The notes under the pieces: generated by a model
Told to the model about the DNA's origin: nothing
Seen by the model: only the letters and a program-made list of their open reading frames with translations
Databases searched by the model: none
Program-made: the position numbers and the translations under genes
IMG/VR virus record: IMGVR_UViG_3300017989_000002
DNA: 64,000 nucleotides
Origin: a virus
Reading direction: 5' to 3' (one strand)
Shown: positions 29,240 through 37,652 of the stretch, piece after piece
How the letters are laid out: every line of letters starts with the position of its first letter
Numbering within the stretch: the first letter of the stretch is position 1

Positions 29240-29791
29240 TCAGTACCCCATCGACTGCGTCTTCTTGGGACGGGTGCCGAGGTAGAGCGCCCCGAGGCCG
29301 GCTGCGCCGAGACCTACGCCAGCCTTCGTGCGGAACTTGGAGGCCGACGCCTGCTGGGCCTTGGCCTGGGCCTCCTCCTCGGCCTTCTTCTTGGCCGCCT
29401 CGGCGGCCGCCTTGGCCTGGGCCTTCTCGGCGGGCGACTTCATGGCCGAGACGTCCCCGCCTCGACGAGCCCACCGGGCGGCGCCCACGGTGGCAGCAGC
29501 CTCGGCGTTGTCGCCCAGGTTGGCCGCCTGCCGGCGCGCATCGGCCTCGATTCCTCCGACCTCGCTCTTGAACTTCGCGCGCGCGCCCTTGAGCTTCGTC
29601 TTGGCGTTCTTGGCGTCGGTCCACGCCTGGGAGAAGGGGTTCCACCGGCTCATGCCGGCCCCCGCCTTGAACCGGCTGTGCGCAGCCTCCGCTCCCCGGA
29701 GCGCGGCCTGGGCGGAGCGCACCTTGGCGAACGAGGCGCACTTCTCCATCTCTGCGAGGAAGAACGGGGCAGCGTCGGGCGGGACGATCAT
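29240..29791 (-). CDS. Ala/Lys-rich putative internal virion protein (EMEKCA tag)
   Basis: FFLAEMEKCAS; C-terminal hydrophobic Gly-rich helix. Confidence 0.6.
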   Translation of the reverse strand: MIVPPDAAPFFLAEMEKCASFAKVRSAQAALRGAEAAHSRFKAGAGMSRWNPFSQAWTDAKNAKTKLKGARAKFKSEVGGIEADARRQAANLGDNAEAAATVGAARWARRGGDVSAMKSPAEKAQAKAAAEAAKKKAEEEAQAKAQQASASKFRTKAGVGLGAAGLGALYLGTRPKKTQSMGY

Positions 29792-31386
29792 CGGGACCTC
29801 TCTCGGGCCTCCCGCGCCTTGGCGCGGAGCTGGCCTGCAGCAACGAAGGGGAGCGCCAGAGGCGCGGCGTAGGTGGCGAACGCGGGGATCTGCCGGGCCA
29901 GGGAGTGCATGAGCACTTTGCGTCCCGCGCCGGCGACGTCGCCGCCCACACGCTGAAGGTACTGCGCGGCCTTGTAGGAGGCCATCGCCTCCTCCGCGAG
30001 CTTCGGGCTGGCCACCAGGGCCGAGATCTTGCCCATGCTCTCCAGCCACGCCGCGCGCGCCTCAACGTCCTCGGGCGTCGCGAAGTCCTTCTCCGTGGTC
30101 GAGAGGAAGACCGCCAGCGGCAGCAGAGTCGAGGTGAGGGCGGCTGCGCGGTGGGCCTTGAGGGCGGTCTGGCTGCCGATGGTCGCCTGACGTACCCGCC
30201 CTGCCGTCGCGTGCCCGAGCTCGTGAGCGGCTACGCCGGCCGGGGAGTCGGGGGCCAGGAACATCTGCCCGGGCAGCGCCGCCTCGGATCCCTTCTCGCC
30301 CAGGTGGAGCGACACGGCCTTGGAGACCGCCAGCCGGTCGATGCCTTCCCGGAGGAGGATGTCTCGCTTGTCGACGGGCAAGCCTTCCAGGGCCTCGAGC
30401 GCGAGGTGGGGAGCGCCGAGCACCATGCCGAGGACGGCGACGTCCGCGATGCCCGGGCGCTGGGGCGCTACGGGAGGAGCTCCTTGAGCTCCGTCGACGA
30501 TGCCTCGGTACGTCGCCCGACGCATCGGCCCCATGCGCGCCTCCGACGACAGCGTCATCGCCTTCTTCGCTGCGACGTGAGTGGGCTGGGAGCCAGCCCA
30601 CTCGTAGGCGGCCAGATAGGCCCCGTAGGAGTCGCCCATCTGCTCGGCGGCCTTCTTCTCCATGCCCTTCTTCCGGGTGCCCGCCTTGGCGATCTCCTTC
30701 AGGAGCGCCGTGCCGACCACGCCGCCGGCGGCACGTCCGAGGCCCTTGGACATGGCCGCCCGACGTGCTCCCTTGGAGCGCAGGCCCTTGGCCAGCGCGG
30801 ACTCGCCCGCGCCCTCCGCAAGGCCGATGGCGCCGCCCACCGCGTAGGGCTTGACGGCGTCCTTCTTCCGCTGGGACTCGCTCTTGGGCTTGCGGTCCAG
30901 GGACTTGGCGATGGCCTTGGCGGTGAGGAGACCCCCTGCCGCCCCGGTGACCATGCGCGCACCGAACGCGCCCTTCACGGCCTTCCCGACCTGGGGCGAC
31001 CTGATGCCCTTGTCGATCGCCGCCTCGAGGCCGCCCTTGGTGGCGCTGAACGCGGTTCCGGCGCCCACCACCTTGGCTGCGCCTTCCCGCTTCTTCTTCT
31101 TGTCCTTGCTCTGCAGGTCCTCGATGCCCGAGAGGAACATCGGGGTCGTGACGGCCCCTACGCCGAGCCGGCTGATCGACTTCGCCTTCCCGAGACGGAG
31201 AGCGTCCTTGAGGCGGGGCTTCTTGCCCATCGCCGCCTGCTCTGTTCCCCTCTCGATGGCGCCCTTGGGGATGTCGCCGATCGCCTGCGCCGCCGCAAGA
31301 GGCAACGCAGCCACGGCCTTGTGGGCGTAGCTACGCTGCTTCTCTTCAGCGACCTTGACCATCGCTTCCGCTACCGGAAGGGCCAT
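29788..31386 (-). CDS. Virion protein with Gly-zipper helices and a neutral Zn-metallopeptidase domain
   Basis: AAHELGHA..EEAMAS..AFATY (Zn_peptidase_2-like); tags MVKVA and MEKKAA. Confidence 0.7.
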   Translation of the reverse strand: MALPVAEAMVKVAEEKQRSYAHKAVAALPLAAAQAIGDIPKGAIERGTEQAAMGKKPRLKDALRLGKAKSISRLGVGAVTTPMFLSGIEDLQSKDKKKKREGAAKVVGAGTAFSATKGGLEAAIDKGIRSPQVGKAVKGAFGARMVTGAAGGLLTAKAIAKSLDRKPKSESQRKKDAVKPYAVGGAIGLAEGAGESALAKGLRSKGARRAAMSKGLGRAAGGVVGTALLKEIAKAGTRKKGMEKKAAEQMGDSYGAYLAAYEWAGSQPTHVAAKKAMTLSSEARMGPMRRATYRGIVDGAQGAPPVAPQRPGIADVAVLGMVLGAPHLALEALEGLPVDKRDILLREGIDRLAVSKAVSLHLGEKGSEAALPGQMFLAPDSPAGVAAHELGHATAGRVRQATIGSQTALKAHRAAALTSTLLPLAVFLSTTEKDFATPEDVEARAAWLESMGKISALVASPKLAEEAMASYKAAQYLQRVGGDVAGAGRKVLMHSLARQIPAFATYAAPLALPFVAAGQLRAKAREARERSR

Positions 31387-31401
31387 GCGACCCTCCAGGC
31401 A

Positions 31402-32043
31402 TCAGACGCCGAGGCGGTTGTCGACGTTCGGGACGATGGTGAGGGCGGGAGCGTCCGTCCACTCGAAGGCGGCCGCCCACATCCACGCGGTCCAGCCGTC
31501 GTGCACGCCGGTCGAGGCGTCGAGGGCGTTCTGGATCTGCCGGGAGGTGATGGGGGTGGTGTCGCCCGTGGTCGGGGTGCCCAGGACGAGCAGCGCCTTG
31601 TGGGAGATGTTGGCGCCGACGGCGTCGCCCGACCCGTCGCTGTTGGTGTAGATCAGCGCACCAGCCACCTTCTCGCCAGCACCCAGCGTGACGCCACTGG
31701 CATCGGAGCCGTCGAGGTTGATCGGCTGGGACACCTCGCCGCCGGCGGTCAGCATGTCGATGTCGGCGTCGTCGTCGGGAGCCAGGAGGACCCCGACGCC
31801 CTCGACGCGGGCCTGGCCGAGCGAGGAGCTGCTGAAGTCGAAGTGCAGAGCATCGGCGGCGAGGGAGGCACCGGCGGTGAGGCCGGCCACTCCGCCCAGG
31901 ATCTCGGTGCGCGCCGCGTAGGCACGCAGCGTCGCGTCGCGCAGCGCGGCGTCGTTCTTCTTCCAGAAGCCATGAGCGTCGGGATCGAAGCCGACGAGGC
32001 CTCGGAGGGGGTGGTAGCCGTAGGGCGGGGTCGGGCGCGTCAT
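31402..32043 (-). CDS. Hypothetical (possibly structural) protein
   Basis: GAGGAG RBS; own promoter-like motif and structured leader. Confidence 0.6.
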   Translation of the reverse strand: MTRPTPPYGYHPLRGLVGFDPDAHGFWKKNDAALRDATLRAYAARTEILGGVAGLTAGASLAADALHFDFSSSSLGQARVEGVGVLLAPDDDADIDMLTAGGEVSQPINLDGSDASGVTLGAGEKVAGALIYTNSDGSGDAVGANISHKALLVLGTPTTGDTTPITSRQIQNALDASTGVHDGWTAWMWAAAFEWTDAPALTIVPNVDNRLGV

Positions 32044-32130
32044 GAGAATCTCCTCGACGGGAATTGCTGTCCCGCGACCGGGGTGGTCGCGTCGAGACGC
32101 AGGAAGCCTAACGTGAGGAGAGCCCTCGTG

Positions 32131-32496
32131 TCACCTACCGAGGAGCTTGTCCTTCCTCAGGGAGTTAGGCCGCCTGCGTTGCGCTTCGGCCAGGAGAGCT
32201 TCCAGCGACTTGCCGCGCAGACGCATCTTCTCCCTGCCCCGCAGGTTGAAGACGGGGTTGATGCCTCTCGGACGCCGGCCCGCACGCTTCTCCATCCGGT
32301 AGGCGGCGGCCTTCCTCTTCTGCAGCTCGGGAGGCTTCATGATCTGCCCGAGCTTGCCGACCCCGTACGCGGCAGCAGCGGCCGTGCCCAGGCCCGCCCA
32401 CCAGCGAGGCGAGAACTTGGCTGCGGCCGGGATGCGAGGCTTCACCGGCTCCTTGGCCGCGAGCTTCTCCAGCTCCTGGATGTAGGCGTCGTTCAT
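32131..32496 (-). CDS. Basic putative internal virion protein (ELEKLAA and MEKRA tags)
   Basis: MNDAYIQELEKLAA; central hydrophobic helix; YRMEKRAG. Confidence 0.6.
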   Translation of the reverse strand: MNDAYIQELEKLAAKEPVKPRIPAAAKFSPRWWAGLGTAAAAAYGVGKLGQIMKPPELQKRKAAAYRMEKRAGRRPRGINPVFNLRGREKMRLRGKSLEALLAEAQRRRPNSLRKDKLLGR

Positions 32497-34184
32497 GCGG
32501 GCTCCCGGGCGAACATGCGGTGCATGACGCTGTCTCTGTCCTTGGACTCGTGACGCGACCTGCGCTCAAGGACGGCGCGGAGGTCGGTGTTGGCGGACGC
32601 CTTCCGCGCCGCCGTGTTGTAGACGAACTGGTCCGCGCTCTGCGGCGCCTTCTGGAAGGTGATGGTCCGCCAGAAGCCTCGAGGGACCGTGGACACGTAG
32701 CGCCGCACCTTCACGTGCCGCTCGCCGACGGGACGATGAGACTGGCCCCCGGCCCGGATGCCTCGGGCCTGGGCCTGGCTGTTGCGCTCGGGGTTATAGC
32801 TGCCGTCGAGCATGTGCACGGCGGTCGTGTCGCCGAGGGACAGGCCCTCGGCGCCTGCGCCTGTGATGATGATCACCTTCTTCCGGCCTGCCTGGTAGTC
32901 GGTGACGGCCTGCTGCCGGGCCGACTCGGTCATGCCCGGGACGCTCTTGCCGGCGAAGATGCCGAACGGGATGCCCCGAGCACGCAGGCCCGCGCTCACG
33001 ACGTCGACGCCCCCCTTCACGAAGTTCGTGTAGATGATCACCTTGCCGTCCGGCGTGTCCGACAGGTGCTTCACGGTGTCGTCGAGCAGACGCTTCACCT
33101 TGGGCGTCCTCTCCGCCGCCTCCTCGAGGGGCATGGGCATGACGGTGTGGAGGCTGTTGCTCGCCTTCCGGGCCAGCATGAGCCGCGTCAAGACGTTGGT
33201 CTTCTCCTCCCCGGGCAGCAGGCCGGACATCGCACGCTGCTGGGTGCGTGGGTCGATGCCCTTCATCGTGCGTCGGTAGACCTTGAGCTGCTCCCCCGCC
33301 ATCGGGACCTCGACGGTCTCGATGCTCGAGCTGGGCTTGCTGTCCGCGTCCAGGTCCTCGACGTAGTGCACCGACCGGCCGACCAGGGCGGAGAGCTCGC
33401 CCTCCTTCTTGAGCTCGGGGCGCGTGATCTTGCCACCGAAGATGCCCTTCTGGTCCGTCTTCACGTCGCGCACGTGCCGCCGACGGAACTTCTGCCGGTC
33501 GATGGGCTCGCCTCTGGCCAGGGAGAGGAGCGGCGCGATGTCGGCAGGGTCGTTCTGCGAGATGGAGGCGGTGAGGCCCACGAAGCGCGGGATCTGCGAC
33601 CGCACGGCCTCGAACGCCTTGAACCCCTTGCTCTCCGGGTTCGCGACCCGGTGGAACTCGTCGGCCACCACGATGGTCGGCTTCACCGCGTCGATGAAGC
33701 CCTGCGGGTTCTCTCGGAACGCGGCGTAGGAGACTACGGTGTAGTCCACTCCCGGCTTGACCTGCTCGGGGCGGGCCACGATCTGCGAGCTCGATGTCGT
33801 GAACTTCTGGACGCCGCTCGCGTGGAAGTTCTCCCGGAGGCCGGCGGGGGCCACGATGAGGGCACGGGAGCGGTCCTGCGTGCTGCTGCGCTGCTGCTCC
33901 ACCGCCATGACCGCCGAGGGCGTCTTCCCCGTGCCGGTGCCGTGGGCGAGGATGATGCCCCTCCCGGGCTTCAGCGTCTTGATGGTCTTGAGCGCGTCTG
34001 CCTGGTGCTCGTAGGGCTTGATGTTGGGCTTGAGGTTCCCGTCCACCCAGGTCTTGCCCCGGACCTTGTTGCCGGTCTGGTCGTGTCCGGTCTCTCCAGG
34101 CTCCAGCTGACGCCAGTGGCCGGCACGGGCGACCTTCGTGAGGTCCCCGTCGGTGCTGTACGAGCCGGCTGGCGTGACGATCAT
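32493..34184 (-). CDS. SF2 (SNF2-like) helicase
   Basis: YEHQ, HGTGTGKT, DEFH, TAS, GAEGLSL, QAQARGIR motifs; ATG at 34184 overlaps the hub stop codon. Confidence 0.88.
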   Translation of the reverse strand: MIVTPAGSYSTDGDLTKVARAGHWRQLEPGETGHDQTGNKVRGKTWVDGNLKPNIKPYEHQADALKTIKTLKPGRGIILAHGTGTGKTPSAVMAVEQQRSSTQDRSRALIVAPAGLRENFHASGVQKFTTSSSQIVARPEQVKPGVDYTVVSYAAFRENPQGFIDAVKPTIVVADEFHRVANPESKGFKAFEAVRSQIPRFVGLTASISQNDPADIAPLLSLARGEPIDRQKFRRRHVRDVKTDQKGIFGGKITRPELKKEGELSALVGRSVHYVEDLDADSKPSSSIETVEVPMAGEQLKVYRRTMKGIDPRTQQRAMSGLLPGEEKTNVLTRLMLARKASNSLHTVMPMPLEEAAERTPKVKRLLDDTVKHLSDTPDGKVIIYTNFVKGGVDVVSAGLRARGIPFGIFAGKSVPGMTESARQQAVTDYQAGRKKVIIITGAGAEGLSLGDTTAVHMLDGSYNPERNSQAQARGIRAGGQSHRPVGERHVKVRRYVSTVPRGFWRTITFQKAPQSADQFVYNTAARKASANTDLRAVLERRSRHESKDRDSVMHRMFAREPA

Positions 34185-36526
34185 CCCAACCCCCGGAGCT
34201 CCAGGCTCTTCACGTAGTCCTGCACGCACTGACGCCGGATCAGCCCGCTCTCCTGCAGATTGTAACTGGCATCGACCTCGTGCTCGACCGCAGTCTCCGT
34301 GGTGGACTGGGCGTCGTACTGCAGGTCCCGGTCCGAGGGGCCGATGGTCTTCCCGTTCGCGTCCACGATGGTCTCGCCGGCGGGGAGGGTGCGCCGGACC
34401 TTCACCGTCTTCCTCGTCCGGGTGGTGAAGTCGACGCCCTTGTACCCGTCCCCGCCGCCGTCGGCCGCGGGCTTGGCCGCGAAGGAGCCGGGGTCGAAGG
34501 CAGAGGACAGGAACCCTTCCGCCGGGATCCCCTCCTCGTCGTAGACGTCGGTCAGGTCGAGGTCGGTGTCGTTGGCGGAGTCGGTGGCGTCCGGGTGACC
34601 CAGGACCTCCACGAGGGATGCCTTGGGCCTCCAGGTGACCTCCTGGGCCATGCTGCGCAGGTCCCCGCCCTCGGCGTTCTGGAGACGCCAGGCGATCTCC
34701 AGAGCCCAGATGGCGCGGCGAAGCGGGTGCTTGTCGCCGTCGATGTCCTTCCAGAACTTGTCGCCTCCCACGACGAGAGGAACGTTGGCCTCCGCGGCCT
34801 CGGTGTCGACCTGGTCCGCAAGGCGCTCCCCGAGGTCGTACAGGCTCTCGCACCCGAGCAGCAGGTCGTAGACCTCGGCACCTACGCGCTTGACGTCGTA
34901 CCGGTCGTCCAGGAACCCGTCGGTGCCTCTGTCGACCAGGGTCGACAGCGATCGGTAGTCCGCCCCCGTCCCGTCGTCCGACAGCGTGGAAGCATCGGAG
35001 TCGAAGTCGAGGACCTCCGTGTGGTGCCTGGCGTGGGTGATGGTCCCCTGCGTGATGCCCCCGCGCTGGTCGATCATGTGCACCACGGTGTGCATGTGCC
35101 CGAAGATGTGCTTGGCCATGTGCAGGGGCGAGTAGACGTCAGACATCAGGACGGCCGGGAAGCCCGGCACGAGGTTGAGGTTCAGCGGCCCCGTGAAGCT
35201 CATGGTGCGGCGAGCGAAGCGGCCCAGCCAGAAGCTGTAGTCCGCCAGCTTCGACAGGTAGTCGCGGCGAGGGCCCTTCGCGACGTAGGCGCTGAGGTCG
35301 TCCTGCCAGTGCTCCACCGGGTTGAGCCCGGTCCACCGCTCGTGAGGGAGTACGGTCGTCGCCATGCGCTCGAGGAAGGACCCGTTCTTCGCGTTGACGG
35401 TCATGCCGTCGAGGGAGTCGAAGTCCGGGGCGTAGAAGCGCTCGGTGAGCCACTTGTTGGGTGCCCCGTTCAGCAGCAAGCTGGTGCGGACGAACATCCG
35501 GGTGGGCTCGTTCAGGAAGTCCCGGTTGTGCGAGACGATGTTGTACTGGTTCGGGAAGACGATGTTGCAGACCGGAGGCGCCATGAAGGGCGCGTGCGGC
35601 ACGATCGCCGTGTAGTTGAGGGTGGCGTCGGCCCACCCGTCGTCGCGCTTGATGAGACGACGCGACAGCGCGGAGCCGTCGTCCGGGTCGTAGCCCCGGG
35701 CACGGCCCTCCTTGTCCAGGTAGGGGAACGGGATCCCAACGGTGTCGTGGAACACCGTGCCCAGCATCATGCGCATCATCTGGGCCAGCGTGTAGGCTCC
35801 GCCGCCTCCGCCGACCCGGTTGGACAGGTACTTCTGGAAGAAGTCGAGCTTGAACAGCTTGGCCGCGGTCTCGTCCTGCGGCACGCCCACGACCAGGTCG
35901 CCGTAGCGCCAACGGTTGAAGGCTCCGCCGTACCAGTCGTTGGCGGCGAACCACATCTCCCGGAGCGTCCGATGGACGCCCAGGTAGAGGTTGTCGTTGC
36001 CCTCCGCGTTCTCGCTCTTCGAGAGCCAGTTGAACAGGTTGGAGTGCAGGTCCTTGCCGGCGACGTCGAAGGACTTGGCCTTGTCGGGCGAGACGCCTCG
36101 GAAGGCCAGCTCGATGAGCTCGATGCCGCCGTTGCGGAAGTTGACGTAGTGCTGCTTGATGAAGTCCCAGTAGTTGTCCGGGGCCAGGAACACGAGGGTC
36201 ACGTCCCGCTGACCGGGCTGCTTCTGGAAGTTGACGCCGGCGAGCTCGCCCAGGAACCCGCACTTGTAGTTGCGGAGGTCCGCCAGCGTGAGGTTCGCGC
36301 GCTCCTTCTGGGTGCCTCCCTCGTAAGAGTGCCCCCTCCTGTCGTCATCGAAGACGCAGACGGCGACAGCGGTGCGCGGCTTCAGGTCGAAGATGGGGTC
36401 CGTCGCGACCAGGCGCACCTCGCAGGCGATGGGGACGCCCGCGGTGGCGACGATCCGGGCACCGATGGCCGGCACCTCGACGCCCTCGAGGAAGACGCGC
36501 AGGTTCAGGTAGGCGGCAGAGCTCAC
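34181..36526 (-). CDS. Baseplate hub-like protein (gp27/gp44 class)
   Basis: LRVFLEGVEVP N-terminus, GPLNLNLVPGFP..V.H motif; lies two genes after the tape measure. Confidence 0.6.
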   Translation of the reverse strand: MSSAAYLNLRVFLEGVEVPAIGARIVATAGVPIACEVRLVATDPIFDLKPRTAVAVCVFDDDRRGHSYEGGTQKERANLTLADLRNYKCGFLGELAGVNFQKQPGQRDVTLVFLAPDNYWDFIKQHYVNFRNGGIELIELAFRGVSPDKAKSFDVAGKDLHSNLFNWLSKSENAEGNDNLYLGVHRTLREMWFAANDWYGGAFNRWRYGDLVVGVPQDETAAKLFKLDFFQKYLSNRVGGGGGAYTLAQMMRMMLGTVFHDTVGIPFPYLDKEGRARGYDPDDGSALSRRLIKRDDGWADATLNYTAIVPHAPFMAPPVCNIVFPNQYNIVSHNRDFLNEPTRMFVRTSLLLNGAPNKWLTERFYAPDFDSLDGMTVNAKNGSFLERMATTVLPHERWTGLNPVEHWQDDLSAYVAKGPRRDYLSKLADYSFWLGRFARRTMSFTGPLNLNLVPGFPAVLMSDVYSPLHMAKHIFGHMHTVVHMIDQRGGITQGTITHARHHTEVLDFDSDASTLSDDGTGADYRSLSTLVDRGTDGFLDDRYDVKRVGAEVYDLLLGCESLYDLGERLADQVDTEAAEANVPLVVGGDKFWKDIDGDKHPLRRAIWALEIAWRLQNAEGGDLRSMAQEVTWRPKASLVEVLGHPDATDSANDTDLDLTDVYDEEGIPAEGFLSSAFDPGSFAAKPAADGGGDGYKGVDFTTRTRKTVKVRRTLPAGETIVDANGKTIGPSDRDLQYDAQSTTETAVEHEVDASYNLQESGLIRRQCVQDYVKSLELRGLG

Positions 36527-37437
36527 TGGTCACTTCGCAGGAGGGCGCCGCCCGGGACGCGCGCGCTTCCTCCGTAGAACGCCTGCCGCCGGTACAGGAG
36601 AGACTCCCGCATGAGGCGCTCCTCGCCGAGCTCCTCGAACCACGCCTGGACGCGCTGCATGGCGTCGGAGGCGGTCAAGGCGAAGGGGGTGCCGGTGAGC
36701 CGCTGGGGGTCGAAGGGACTCGACTGCCCGGTGATCGGGTCGATGAAGTACAGCTTCTCGACCTCGAGAGGGGCCTCGATGTAGTCCACGTACAAGGAAT
36801 CGCCCACGAGCCTCGTGTTCTCGACGGAGCGGACGACAGCGTTTCCGACGTCCACGTGGCTGAAGACCAGCATCTTGAAGCTGAACTGGCAGACGTGAGG
36901 GAGCTTGGAGTCGTCCGCCACGCTCGTGCCGAAGACGTACCCGGAGTACAGCTGGTCATCGACGCTGAGGTAGACCCTCGTGCGGTTCTGAACGCACCGG
37001 GTGCCGCGCAGGTAGTTCCGGTAGTTCGAGAGCCACTCCTGCTTCCAGGAGAAGTCCGCGGTGTTCATCAGGAGGCCCTGAACCTGCAGGACCAGCGGGC
37101 GCTCACCGAAGAAGAACACGAAGTCCTCGCCGAAGGTCTCGACGATCTGCATCTTCTCGGACTCGACGTGGCTCACCTGGGTGAGGAGGAAGTTGTGGTT
37201 GTGGTTGGACCACCCCTTCCCTTCGACCGCAGGTCCGGCCTGATCTGGCATGGAGACGGGGACGAGGTTCCCCTCCGCACCGGACTGGCGCAGGGACAGG
37301 GAGGCGAACCTGTCGGCCTTCGGCACGTAGCCGTACAGCGGACGGCGCACGCCACGCGAGTCCTTCTTCTTGAAGAGGCTGACGACCTCCGGAAGGCTCT
37401 GCTCGAACGGGTCAGTGCGGTACAGGATGGTGCTCAC
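36523..37437 (-). CDS. Tail tube initiator-like protein
   Basis: EKMQIVETFGEDFVFFFGERP..L.VQG.L..FSF tube-like fold pattern; position after the tape measure. Confidence 0.55.
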   Translation of the reverse strand: MSTILYRTDPFEQSLPEVVSLFKKKDSRGVRRPLYGYVPKADRFASLSLRQSGAEGNLVPVSMPDQAGPAVEGKGWSNHNHNFLLTQVSHVESEKMQIVETFGEDFVFFFGERPLVLQVQGLLMNTADFSWKQEWLSNYRNYLRGTRCVQNRTRVYLSVDDQLYSGYVFGTSVADDSKLPHVCQFSFKMLVFSHVDVGNAVVRSVENTRLVGDSLYVDYIEAPLEVEKLYFIDPITGQSSPFDPQRLTGTPFALTASDAMQRVQAWFEELGEERLMRESLLYRRQAFYGGSARVPGGALLRSDQ

Positions 37438-37637
37438 TTGGGCTCCACGACGGTCCGACGGAGGTCAGTGGGGACCGGGTCGGGGGCGATGTCTCGGCCG
37501 AACCAGACGTTCGCAGCCTCGATGCGGACCAGGTGGTCCATGAGGCGCAGCTCGCCCACGCGGTCGTACTCCGCCACCCGGAGGATGCCCTCCTCGTTGA
37601 CGACGCCCCGATCGCTGATCTTGTTGGACTCTGCCAT
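37434..37637 (-). CDS. Small hypothetical protein
   Basis: GAGGAGG RBS; coupled to the next gene. Confidence 0.55.
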   Translation of the reverse strand: MAESNKISDRGVVNEEGILRVAEYDRVGELRLMDHLVRIEAANVWFGRDIAPDPVPTDLRRTVVEPK

Positions 37638-37652
37638 GCCACCCTCCTCGGA

